A DNA stretch of 64,000 bases from Acidobacteriota bacterium (lineage in GTDB: Bacteria; Acidobacteriota; Vicinamibacteria; Vicinamibacterales; UBA2999), in contig JADZCN010000114.1 of NCBI GenBank assembly GCA_020851565.1, positions 30,361 through 94,360 on the forward strand, read 5' to 3'. The position numbers and the translations under genes are program-made. The notes below the pieces were generated by a model. It was not told where the DNA came from. It made no database searches and saw only the letters and a program-made list of their open reading frames with translations. Below are positions 36,403-44,488 of the stretch, in pieces; positions within the stretch are counted from its first letter, which is position 1; each line of letters opens with the position of its first letter.

Positions 36403-38844
36403 ATGAACGACATTCGCCTCGCAGTACGGCTCCTCGGAAAGAACCCCGGGTTTGCTCTCACGGCCGTCGTGACGCTGGCGCTGGCCATCGGCGCCAACAC
36501 CGCGGCGTTCTCGCTCGTGGATGCGGTGTTGCTGAAGCCGCTGCCGTATCCGCAGCCGGAACGGCTGGCCGTGGTGTCCCGCGAGGTATTTCGCGGGGGT
36601 GCGATGGTCGGGCAGGACGTCAGCCATACCGGCGCCGTGTGGGAGGCCGTGCGCGACCAGGTGCCGTCGGTCGACGCCGCCGTGCAGTTCGGCCTGTCCG
36701 CGCAGGTCAGCCTGGTGACAGGTGATCGCGCCGTGGCGGTCCGGCCGGAACGCGTAGGCGCCGGGTTCTTCCGCGTCCTGGGCGTGGGTCCCGCCCTCGG
36801 GCGCGAGTTCACGGCCGACGAGGACCGGCCCGGCGGACCGGCCGCGGTCATCCTGGGCGATCGGCTCTGGCGCTCGGCGCTCGGAGGCGACCCGGCCGCC
36901 GTCGGGCGGACGATCCTCCTGAAGGGTGAGCCGCACACGGTGGTGGGCATCATGCCGTCGTCGTTCCGCACGGCGGCCGAGGCGGATCTCTGGACGCCCG
37001 TCCGGGCCACGCGGACCGGGGAGGGAGAAGGCGAGAACTTCGCCATCGTCCTGCGGTTGCGCGAGGGTGCCACGTGGGCCCAGGCGACGGCCGAGATCGC
37101 GGCGGCGGCGGCCGCGGCCGTAAGATTGCCACCAGCATCGAGCGGGATCACGTTCCGTCACGGCGTGCAGCCGCTGCAGGATGCGATGGCGAGCGACGTG
37201 CGGCGGCCGCTGCTGCTTCTCTGGAGCGCCGTCGGGCTGGTGCTGCTCGTGGCGTGCGTCAACCTCGCGGGGCTGATGCTGGCGCGGGCCGGCTCGCGCG
37301 CGCGAGAGATCGCCACGCGGCTGGCCATTGGCGGCAGTCGGCACGCCATCGTGCGGCAGCTCATGATCGAGAGCCTGGCGATTGCCGCGATCGGAGGGCT
37401 GGCCGGGGTGGTCGCTGCGGCCCTGGCGCTGGGCGGATTGAAGGCGATGGCCGACGGCCTGGTCCTCACGCCGTGGGGCGCGGTCGGCCTCGACGGACGC
37501 ACGCTGCTGGTGACGATGGGGATCTCGGTGCTGACGTCGCTGCTGTTCGGGCTGGCTCCTGCATGGCAGGCGACACGCGTGGACGTCCGGGGGGCGCTCT
37601 CCGCGTCGGGCACGCGTGCGGTGGCCGGCGGCGCCGGCGGCTGGCCGCGGCGGCTGCTGGTGGTGGGCGAGGTGGCGCTCGGCGTCGTGCTGCTCGTGGG
37701 CGCCGGCCTGCTGATCCGCACCTTCATGCACCTGCAGTCGCGGCCGACCGGCTTCGATCCGCGCGGCCTCGTCGCCGCGACCGCTTCTCTCGAGGATGCG
37801 CGCTACAGCGACCACGCGAGCGTCGCGAGGCTGTTCGAGACGAGCCTGTCGCGGATGCAGGAGATTGCCGGGGTGGAATCGGCGGCGGTCTCGCTGGGCC
37901 TCCCCTACGAGCGCATCCTGAACATGGGGGCCGAGCGCGTGGGCGCGGAGGGACAGCCCGAGGGCGGGTTCCTGTTCTCCACGGCGACCTACGTCACGCC
38001 GGGCTACTTCGAGACGCTTCGCCTGCCCGTGCGGCGCGGGCGTGGCTTCGACCGGTTCGACGGATCGGACGCGGCGCCGGTCGTGGTGATCAACGAGGCC
38101 TTCGCGCGGCGGTATTTCCAGGGCCAGGATCCCGTCGGCCAGCCGGTAAGGATGGCCGGGCGCGTCCGCCAGGTCGTCGGCGTGGTGGCCGACGTGCCCC
38201 AGCAGGGCGGCTTCGCCGGCTACGGTCCCATCGACGCGCTGCCCGGCATCTACGTGCCCTTCGCGCAGTTTCCGCCGAACGGCCTGCGCGTGTATCACGG
38301 CTGGTTCTCGCCGGCGTGGATCGTGCGCGAGGCCGTGCCCGGCGCGGTGAGCGAGCGCGCGCTCCGCGCGGCGATGGCGGATGTCGATGCCGGGTTACCG
38401 CTGGCATCGGTCCGGGCGGTGGACGAGCTGCGCGCCGCGGCGCTTGGACGCCAGCGGCTCCTGATGACGCTCGTCGGCCTGCTCGGCGCGGCCGCGCTGC
38501 TGCTCTCGGCCCTGGGCATTCACGGGCTGATTGCCGGCGCCGTTGCCGAGCGGACGCGCGAGATGGGCATCCGCCTCGCGTTGGGGTCATCGACCGGGCA
38601 GGCGGTGCGCAGCGTGTCGATGCCAGGCATCTACCTCGCCCTGGCGGGCCTTGCCATCGGCGTCGTCGCGGCGTGGGGCGCCTCGGGCCTGGTCCGCGGC
38701 CTCATCTGGGGCGTGACAGGGGACGATCCCCTCACCTATGCCGCGGTGGCCGGCACCCTGCTCGCCGTCGCCGTGGTGGCGTCGGTGCTGCCCGCCCGCC
38801 GGGTGCGACGGCTCGACCCGGCCAGGCTGCTGCGGCAGGAGTGA
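36403..38844 (+). CDS. MacB/FtsX-type duplicated orphan permease (ADOP-like)
   Basis: In-frame C-terminal part of ORF 35584..38844 from the ATG at 36403. N-terminus [37 protein letters not shown]; C-terminus DPARLLRQE. It starts 29 nt after the preceding paralog. Confidence 0.9.
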   Translation: MNDIRLAVRLLGKNPGFALTAVVTLALAIGANTAAFSLVDAVLLKPLPYPQPERLAVVSREVFRGGAMVGQDVSHTGAVWEAVRDQVPSVDAAVQFGLSAQVSLVTGDRAVAVRPERVGAGFFRVLGVGPALGREFTADEDRPGGPAAVILGDRLWRSALGGDPAAVGRTILLKGEPHTVVGIMPSSFRTAAEADLWTPVRATRTGEGEGENFAIVLRLREGATWAQATAEIAAAAAAAVRLPPASSGITFRHGVQPLQDAMASDVRRPLLLLWSAVGLVLLVACVNLAGLMLARAGSRAREIATRLAIGGSRHAIVRQLMIESLAIAAIGGLAGVVAAALALGGLKAMADGLVLTPWGAVGLDGRTLLVTMGISVLTSLLFGLAPAWQATRVDVRGALSASGTRAVAGGAGGWPRRLLVVGEVALGVVLLVGAGLLIRTFMHLQSRPTGFDPRGLVAATASLEDARYSDHASVARLFETSLSRMQEIAGVESAAVSLGLPYERILNMGAERVGAEGQPEGGFLFSTATYVTPGYFETLRLPVRRGRGFDRFDGSDAAPVVVINEAFARRYFQGQDPVGQPVRMAGRVRQVVGVVADVPQQGGFAGYGPIDALPGIYVPFAQFPPNGLRVYHGWFSPAWIVREAVPGAVSERALRAAMADVDAGLPLASVRAVDELRAAALGRQRLLMTLVGLLGAAALLLSALGIHGLIAGAVAERTREMGIRLALGSSTGQAVRSVSMPGIYLALAGLAIGVVAAWGASGLVRGLIWGVTGDDPLTYAAVAGTLLAVAVVASVLPARRVRRLDPARLLRQE

Positions 38845-38872
38845 GGGCGGGGGCGGCCGGGGGGGGCGGCGC

Positions 38873-38967
38873 TCATTGATGATTGGTGATTGGGGGATTG
38901 AGCGATTCGGCTGTCGCGCCGAGGAATCGTCCGATGCGGCAATCACCAATCTACAATCGCTCAATGG
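38873..38967. repeat. GATTG/CAATC palindromic element, short copy (E4)
   Basis: TCATTGATGATTGGTGATTGGGGGATTGAGCGATTCGG..CCGATGCGGCAATCACCAATCTACAATCGCTCAATGG. The right arm contains TACAAT (38952-57) and the ATG (38964) of the next gene. Confidence 0.85.
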
Positions 38968-39476
38968 GTACGGCGCCGGCCACCACAGCCATCCGCCAGT
39001 TGCGCGAGCACGGCATTCCCTTCAGCGAGCACCCCTATCGGTATGAAGAGCGGGGGGGCACCCGTGTGTCTTCCCGCGAGCTGGGGGTGGACGAGCACGC
39101 GGTCATCAAGACGCTCGTGATGCAGGACGAGCGCCGGCAGCCGCTCATCGTCCTCATGCACGGCGACCGCGAGGTCTCCACGAAGAACCTCGCCCGCCAG
39201 ATCGGCGCGAAGGCGGTGGAGCCGTGCGACCCCGCCGTGGCGGAGCGGCACACCGGCTACCAGGTGGGCGGCACCTCGCCGTTCGGCACGCGGAAGGCGC
39301 TGCCAGTGTTCGTGGAGCGCAGCATCCTGGACCTGCCGCGGATCTACATCAACGGCGGCCGGCGCGGGTTCCTCGTCGCGCTCGCGCCCGGGGATCTGGC
39401 GCGCGTGCTGTCGCCCACGGCGGTGGACGTCGCGCTGGAGCACCGGGCGGGGGAGCCGGGAGGCCGCCGGAGCTGA
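38964..39476 (+). CDS. ybaK: YbaK/EbsC-family Cys-tRNA(Pro)/aminoacyl-tRNA deacylase
   Basis: In-frame part of ORF 38883..39476 from the ATG at 38964. Motifs HAVIKTLVM, HGDREVSTKNLARQIG and TGYQVGGTSPFG are typical of YbaK trans-editing domains. Confidence 0.8.
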   Translation: MGTAPATTAIRQLREHGIPFSEHPYRYEERGGTRVSSRELGVDEHAVIKTLVMQDERRQPLIVLMHGDREVSTKNLARQIGAKAVEPCDPAVAERHTGYQVGGTSPFGTRKALPVFVERSILDLPRIYINGGRRGFLVALAPGDLARVLSPTAVDVALEHRAGEPGGRRS

Positions 39477-39513
39477 CAGCGCACTGCCAGGCGTGCGCCG
39501 GGCGTCCGATGTA

Positions 39514-39553
39514 GTTGACACAGGTCAACCAGTTAGTGGACCATCGTCCACTA
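39514..39553. promoter_or_regulatory. Two adjacent perfect palindromes upstream of the MarR-GNAT gene (putative operators; TTGACA -35-like box)
   Basis: GTTGAC-ACAG-GTCAAC at 39514-39529 (includes TTGACA) and TAGTGGAC-CATC-GTCCACTA at 39534-39553. They lie 15 nt upstream of the AGGAGG/ATG of 39568. Confidence 0.55.
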
Positions 39554-39567
39554 CAGGAGGCCAGCCC

Positions 39568-40503
39568 ATGTCGACGCCCAGCCGGCCCGATCCCCGCCTC
39601 GACGCCGTCCGGCGGTTCAACCGCCTCTACACCCAGCGCATCGGCGTGCTGCAGGACGACTACCTCCACAGCCCGCTCAACCTCTCGCAGGTGCGCGTGC
39701 TCTACGAGGCCCATCGCGATCCGCCGCCCGCGGCCGCGGAGCTGGCGCGCGAGCTCGGCCTCGACCCCGCGTATCTCAGCCGGCTGCTCAAGGGCCTCGC
39801 GCGCGCCGGCCTGGTGCGGCGGACGGCTGCTGCCGGCGATGGCCGCAAGAGCCTCGTGTCGCTCACCGCCCGGGGCCGCCGCCTCCTCGACACCCTCCAG
39901 GAGCGGTCCCGCGCCGAAGTGGCGGCGCTGCTCGCGCCGCTCTCCCGCGAGGCGCAGGACGAGCTGCTGGCGGCGATGGGGACCATCGAGCGCGTGCTCG
40001 CGGGCCGGGCGGGCGCCGCTGCGCCCTACCTGCTGCGCCCCCACCAGCCGGGCGACATGGGCTGGGTCGTCGCCCAGCACGGACTCGTCTACGCCAACGA
40101 GTACGGCTGGGACATGACGTTCGAGGCGCACGTGGCCGGCATCGTGCAGCACTTCATCGAGCACTTCGATCCGGCGCGCGAGCGGTGCTGGATCGCGGAG
40201 CGCGACGGCAGGCCGGTGGGTTCGGTCTTCCTGGTGAAGAAATCGGGCACGGTGGCCAAGCTGCGGATGCTCATCGTCGAGCCGTCGGCGCGCGGCCTGG
40301 GCATCGGCGCGCGGCTCGTGGACGAGTGCTCGCGGTTCGCGCGGCAGGCCGGATACCGCAAGATCACGCTCTGGACGAACAGCATCCTAGACGCCGCCCG
40401 CCACACCTACGAGCGGGCCGGCTACCGGATGGTCGCGCGCGGCGACCCCGAGCATCGCTTCGGCAAGGATCTCGTCTTCGAGACGTGGGAGCTCGCGCTG
40501 TGA
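39568..40503 (+). CDS. Fusion protein: MarR-family HTH regulator + GNAT N-acetyltransferase
   Basis: In-frame part of ORF 39493..40503 from the ATG at 39568. Winged-helix segment ELARELGLDPAYLSRLLKGLARAGLVRR..GDGRKSLVSLTARG. GNAT motif A is VEPSARGLGIGARLVDECSRFARQAGYRKITLWT. Confidence 0.8.
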   Translation: MSTPSRPDPRLDAVRRFNRLYTQRIGVLQDDYLHSPLNLSQVRVLYEAHRDPPPAAAELARELGLDPAYLSRLLKGLARAGLVRRTAAAGDGRKSLVSLTARGRRLLDTLQERSRAEVAALLAPLSREAQDELLAAMGTIERVLAGRAGAAAPYLLRPHQPGDMGWVVAQHGLVYANEYGWDMTFEAHVAGIVQHFIEHFDPARERCWIAERDGRPVGSVFLVKKSGTVAKLRMLIVEPSARGLGIGARLVDECSRFARQAGYRKITLWTNSILDAARHTYERAGYRMVARGDPEHRFGKDLVFETWELAL

Positions 40504-41381
40504 GCGACGATCCGCGCCCGCCCGCACCTGACGGCACCCGCCCGCACCCGCCCGCACCTGTCCGATACGTCTGCGGCCATGGGCCGCGGGAGATCGAGCG
40601 GCTCGCCCTGCAGGCCCGCATCTACGAGGCGGTGACCAGGCGCCTTCTCTCACGTGCCGGCATCGGCGCCGGGTTCCACGTCGTGGACCTGGGATGCGGC
40701 GGCGGCGACGTGAGCCTGCTCGCCGCCGAAGCCGTGGGTCCGACAGGCTCGGTGCTGGGCGTGGATCGCTCGGCAGACGCCGTCGCGGCGGCCACGGCCC
40801 GCGCCCGCGAGGCCGGGCACGCCCACGCCCGCTTCATCGTCGCCGAGCTCGACGCCTGGGCCCCGGCCACGCCCGTGGACGCCGTCGTCGGCCGGTTCGT
40901 CCTGATGCACCAGCGCGATCCGGTGGCGCTCGTGGCGCGCGCACGCCGCTGGGTCCGGCCCGGCGGCGTCGTCGCCTTCGTCGAGTCCGACAACGCCTGG
41001 TGCCAGCCCGGCCGACACTCGCGCCCGCATTCGCCCACCTATCACCGCATCGTCCGGTCGTGGCAGGGCATCCTCGGCGCGGCGGGAGCGCATCTCGATA
41101 TGGGCTCCCGCCTCGGAGAGGGCTTCGTTGCCGCGGGACTGCCGGACCCGTCCGAGGAGGTGGACGTGCCCACGACGGGCGATCCGGCGTCACCCATCTT
41201 CCGGTTCGCGGTGGAGAGCCTGCGCAGCATGCTGCCGCTGGCGGCCGCCTCCGGCGTGCCCGTGCCGGCGGCGGCCGAGGCCGACAGCCTCGAAGCCGCA
41301 CTTCGGGCCGAGGTGGCCGCGCTCGACGGCACCCTGAGCGCGCCACCCGCCCATGCGGTGTGGGCCCGCGTGCGCGGCTAG
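40500..41381 (+). CDS. Class I SAM-dependent methyltransferase
   Basis: In-frame part of ORF 40185..41381. Motif I is VVDLGCGGGDVS. The start is proposed at GTG 40500, overlapping the upstream stop (GTGA). The first ~20 codons are encoded by GCACCCGCCCGCAC repeat units, so the start is uncertain. Confidence 0.7.
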   Translation: MSDDPRPPAPDGTRPHPPAPVRYVCGHGPREIERLALQARIYEAVTRRLLSRAGIGAGFHVVDLGCGGGDVSLLAAEAVGPTGSVLGVDRSADAVAAATARAREAGHAHARFIVAELDAWAPATPVDAVVGRFVLMHQRDPVALVARARRWVRPGGVVAFVESDNAWCQPGRHSRPHSPTYHRIVRSWQGILGAAGAHLDMGSRLGEGFVAAGLPDPSEEVDVPTTGDPASPIFRFAVESLRSMLPLAAASGVPVPAAAEADSLEAALRAEVAALDGTLSAPPAHAVWARVRG

Positions 41382-41387
41382 TCCTGG

Positions 41388-42953
41388 TTACCGCCGCGCG
41401 CGGAGTTCCTCGAGCAGCGTGCGCAGCTCGGCGATCGCCGTTGCCTGGTCGGCCAGCTGGCCCTGCAGGCGTTGGATTTCTGCAACCAGCAGCGTGGGCA
41501 GGATGTCCTGGCGGACCGACTGGGCCTCGCCGGCGGCGTCCCGCACCACCAGCCCGGGCATCAGCGCCGCCGCGTCCTCCCCGATCAATCCGTACTGCCG
41601 TGCGCCGGATCCGTCGTCGAACTCTGGCTTGTAGTGGAACGACACGGGCCGCAGCGACCGGATGACGTCGCTCACGTCTCCGAGGGGCGCGACGTACTCG
41701 GTGACGCGCGCGGATGTGGTGATGTTGAAGGTTCCCAGCTTGCCGTTGGCGTTGACGTACACCGGCTGTCCACCCTGCGAGAGGGCGTCGTGGATGTTCC
41801 CGATGTAGGTGGCGTTGCTCTCGGTCGCCAGGCCGTCTGCCCCGATGTAGATGTTGTTGTTCCCGTCGACCAGGGTATCGCCCGCATATCGCCCAATGGC
41901 GACGTTGTTGCTGCCCAGGCTGTAGAAGAGGGCGTTCTGGCCAACCGCAGTATTGAAGCTGCCGGCAACGTTGCTGGTCAGCGCGCCGGAGCCGACCGCA
42001 GTATTCGTCGCGCCAGACACGTTGCTATATAGTGCCCACCTGCCGACCGCAGTGTTCTCGTTGGCCGTGTTGGCATTGAGAGCGAGGGCACCGAGGGCGA
42101 CGTTAGAGGCCCCCGTGACGTTGGCATAGAGGGCCCCAGCGCCCACAGCGGTGTTGCTACCGCCAGTCGTCGTCTGCTCCAGCGCCCCTGAGCCGATCGC
42201 CGTGTTGTGTGTCCCCGTGGTAACCCCAGAGAGCGCAAGCGCGCCGATTCTCGTCGAGTTCGTCTCGGGCCCCGCGTGGGTGTGGTCGCTGCGCGCCGCC
42301 GACAGCGCCGCCCCAGTGCCCGCGAAGTTCACGGCCAGGGCGACGTCCCCCGCCGTCCCTCCACCGAGCAGTCCGACGCCTGCAGCCACACCCGTGATGT
42401 CGCCACCCCCGCCGGTCGCGACCGCCTCGCAGGTGACGGTGCCGTCCTGGTTCACACCAGTCATGAGCTCCCCGGCCGGGCACACGCCGGTCACGCGCGA
42501 CTGGATCTGTGTTGGGTCGATGGCCGACAGCCCGATGCCCCCGGGTGGACGCGGGCTGCCGCCGCTGCTGGTGCCCGGGGTGAAGACGAAGCTGCCCGTC
42601 GCCCCCGCGCTGTCGCGCCACGTGCCGCCGAGGGTGGCGAGCGCGATGGTGGCATCGACGTGCACCGGCATCCCGCCCGGCGCGGTGACGATGTTCAGGC
42701 CGAAGCCGATGGAGCCGTCCGGATTGAGGAAGGCGAGGCCCGTGACGCCGGCCTGCTGGCCCGCGCCGCACTGGTCGTCGGTGCCGTCGATCTGGTACTG
42801 CGCGCCCTGTTGCACGACCGACACCGTGACGACGTTGCAGTAGGGCTGCAGCTGCCAGCGGAAAGTACCGAGCGGCTGAGCCGACGAGGTGTCGGAACAG
42901 AGTCCGGCGACGACAACCACCGTAACCAGCGTGACGAGCCTGCGCATCGACAT
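41388..42953 (-). CDS. Secreted protein with YadA-head-like repeats and C-terminal S74-type intramolecular chaperone (tail-fiber-like) domain
   Basis: 521 aa; GGGAGGG SD; signal peptide. About 8 repeats of NTAIGSGAL/NTAVGAGAL/NVALGALAL/NNVAIGRYAG type. The C-terminus ..RSLRPVSFHYKPEFDDGSGARQYGLIGEDAAALMPGLV..SVRQDILPTLLVAEIQRLQ plus a coiled-coil tail resembles the endosialidase chaperone domain. Confidence 0.75.
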   Translation of the reverse strand: MSMRRLVTLVTVVVVAGLCSDTSSAQPLGTFRWQLQPYCNVVTVSVVQQGAQYQIDGTDDQCGAGQQAGVTGLAFLNPDGSIGFGLNIVTAPGGMPVHVDATIALATLGGTWRDSAGATGSFVFTPGTSSGGSPRPPGGIGLSAIDPTQIQSRVTGVCPAGELMTGVNQDGTVTCEAVATGGGGDITGVAAGVGLLGGGTAGDVALAVNFAGTGAALSAARSDHTHAGPETNSTRIGALALSGVTTGTHNTAIGSGALEQTTTGGSNTAVGAGALYANVTGASNVALGALALNANTANENTAVGRWALYSNVSGATNTAVGSGALTSNVAGSFNTAVGQNALFYSLGSNNVAIGRYAGDTLVDGNNNIYIGADGLATESNATYIGNIHDALSQGGQPVYVNANGKLGTFNITTSARVTEYVAPLGDVSDVIRSLRPVSFHYKPEFDDGSGARQYGLIGEDAAALMPGLVVRDAAGEAQSVRQDILPTLLVAEIQRLQGQLADQATAIAELRTLLEELRARR

Positions 42954-43106
42954 TACCAGCCCTCCCTTCGCGACCGGGGAATCTGCGGCCGCGCGGCGCC
43001 AGTGTCGGGGAGCCCGCCCGTCTCACGCCAGTGGAACGTCGATGGAATGCAGGTGGCAGCGCAAGACGCTGAGCGGCAAAGATTTATCGGCTCAGATGCC
43101 CTCAGG

Positions 43107-43172
43107 CCCCTCGGCGCCCCACGCCCCACGACTCAAGCCCCAGGGCCCAAGACCCAGGGCCCAAGACCCTAA
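43107..43172. repeat. C-rich degenerate array (CCCCACG / CCCAAGACC / CCCAGGG units)
   Basis: CCCCTCGGCGCCCCACGCCCCACGACTCAAGCCCCAGGGCCCAAGACCCAGGGCCCAAGACCC. It lies in the divergent gap between starts 42953 (-) and 43288 (+). Confidence 0.8.
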
Positions 43173-43287
43173 AACGTCGCCGTCGGATTCCTGCCAGGCT
43201 GGTCATTGTCGATGGCCGAGCTCTTCGCGGAACGGTGACGGTCCGGGGATGCTGCCCGGCGCGCAGCTGCGGTAGACTCGCCGCACC

Positions 43288-44484
43288 ATGCTGCCGCGCA
43301 TCCCTCGCCTTGCCGCCATCATCGCCGCCACCATTGCGGTAGCGCTGACCCTGTCGTCCACGGCTTTCACCCAGCGCGCACCCCGCGCGCGGGATCTGGG
43401 GGTCCCCTTCGACGGCACGCCCGGCGCCCTCAACGCCATCACCGACGTCGCAGGTGTGACCGTGGGCCACTCGACGATTATCTCTGGCGAAGGCGCGCTG
43501 CGGGTGGGGCAGGGGCCCGTGCGCACCGGCGTCACCGCCATCCTCCCACGCGGGCGCGACTCGATGGCCCGTCCCTCGTTCGCCGGCTGGTTCTCGCAGA
43601 ACGGGAACGGAGAGATGACGGGTACCACCTGGATCGAGGAGTCCGGTTTCCTCGAAGGCCCGGTCATGATCACCAACACGCACAGCGTGGGCGTGGTGCG
43701 GGACGCCGTCATCCAGTGGCGCATCAAGAGCGGGCCGCCTGATGCGTCAGGCTACTGGTGGTCGCTCCCGGTCGTCGCCGAGACGTACGACGGCGGGCTG
43801 AACGACATCAATGGCTTCCACGTGAAGGAGCGGCACGCGTTCGAGGCGCTGGACGGCGCGCGGGGCGGCGCCGTGCCCGAGGGGAACGTCGGGGGCGGGA
43901 CGGGGATGGTGTGCTACGGCTTCAAGGGCGGCATCGGCACCTCGTCGCGAGTCGTGAAGGGCGGCGACACGTCCTACACCATCGGCGTGCTGGTGCAGTC
44001 GAACTTCGGCCGGCGGTCGCAGTTGATGGTTGCAGGCGTTCCGGTGGGCCGCGAGATTCCTCAGCCGGCCCAGGCCGCCGTCCTCGACGATCCCGTGCGC
44101 GGCGATCTCGGCTCCATCATCATCGTCGTCGCCACCGACGCGCCACTGCTGCCGCACCAGCTGAAGCGCCTCGCTCGCCGTGCGACCATCGGCATGGGGC
44201 GGACAGGCGGCACATCGGGGAACGGGTCGGGCGACATCTTCATCGCGTTCTCGACGGCCAACGCCGACGCGTTCACGGGCTCGGGCCTCGCCACCGTGCA
44301 GATGGTCTCGAACGAGGAGATCAGCCCCATCTTCGACGCCACGGTCCAGGCCACCGAGGAAGCCATCATCAACGCGCTCGTCGCGGCCGAGACGATGACC
44401 GGTGCGGACAACCGCCGCGTGGAGCGCCTGCCGCACGATCGCCTGCGGGAGGCGCTGCGGAAGTACAACCGGCTGGCGCAGTAG
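43288..44484 (+). CDS. P1/S58 family peptidase (DmpA-type L-aminopeptidase/Ntn-hydrolase)
   Basis: 398 aa with signal peptide. NAITDVAGVTVGHST, RTGVTAILP, GNGEMTG and ITNTHSVG resemble DmpA/BapA family proteins. TAGACT lies 9 nt upstream of the ATG. Confidence 0.75.
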   Translation: MLPRIPRLAAIIAATIAVALTLSSTAFTQRAPRARDLGVPFDGTPGALNAITDVAGVTVGHSTIISGEGALRVGQGPVRTGVTAILPRGRDSMARPSFAGWFSQNGNGEMTGTTWIEESGFLEGPVMITNTHSVGVVRDAVIQWRIKSGPPDASGYWWSLPVVAETYDGGLNDINGFHVKERHAFEALDGARGGAVPEGNVGGGTGMVCYGFKGGIGTSSRVVKGGDTSYTIGVLVQSNFGRRSQLMVAGVPVGREIPQPAQAAVLDDPVRGDLGSIIIVVATDAPLLPHQLKRLARRATIGMGRTGGTSGNGSGDIFIAFSTANADAFTGSGLATVQMVSNEEISPIFDATVQATEEAIINALVAAETMTGADNRRVERLPHDRLREALRKYNRLAQ

Positions 44485-44488
44485 CTCG

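Noticed and set aside
41388-42953. Prophage or phage-tail-like particle locus inferred from the tail-fiber-like S74 domain protein.
   Set aside because: The neighbouring genes are a MarR-GNAT regulator, a methyltransferase and an S58 peptidase. No capsid, terminase, baseplate, sheath or integrase genes occur within the window.
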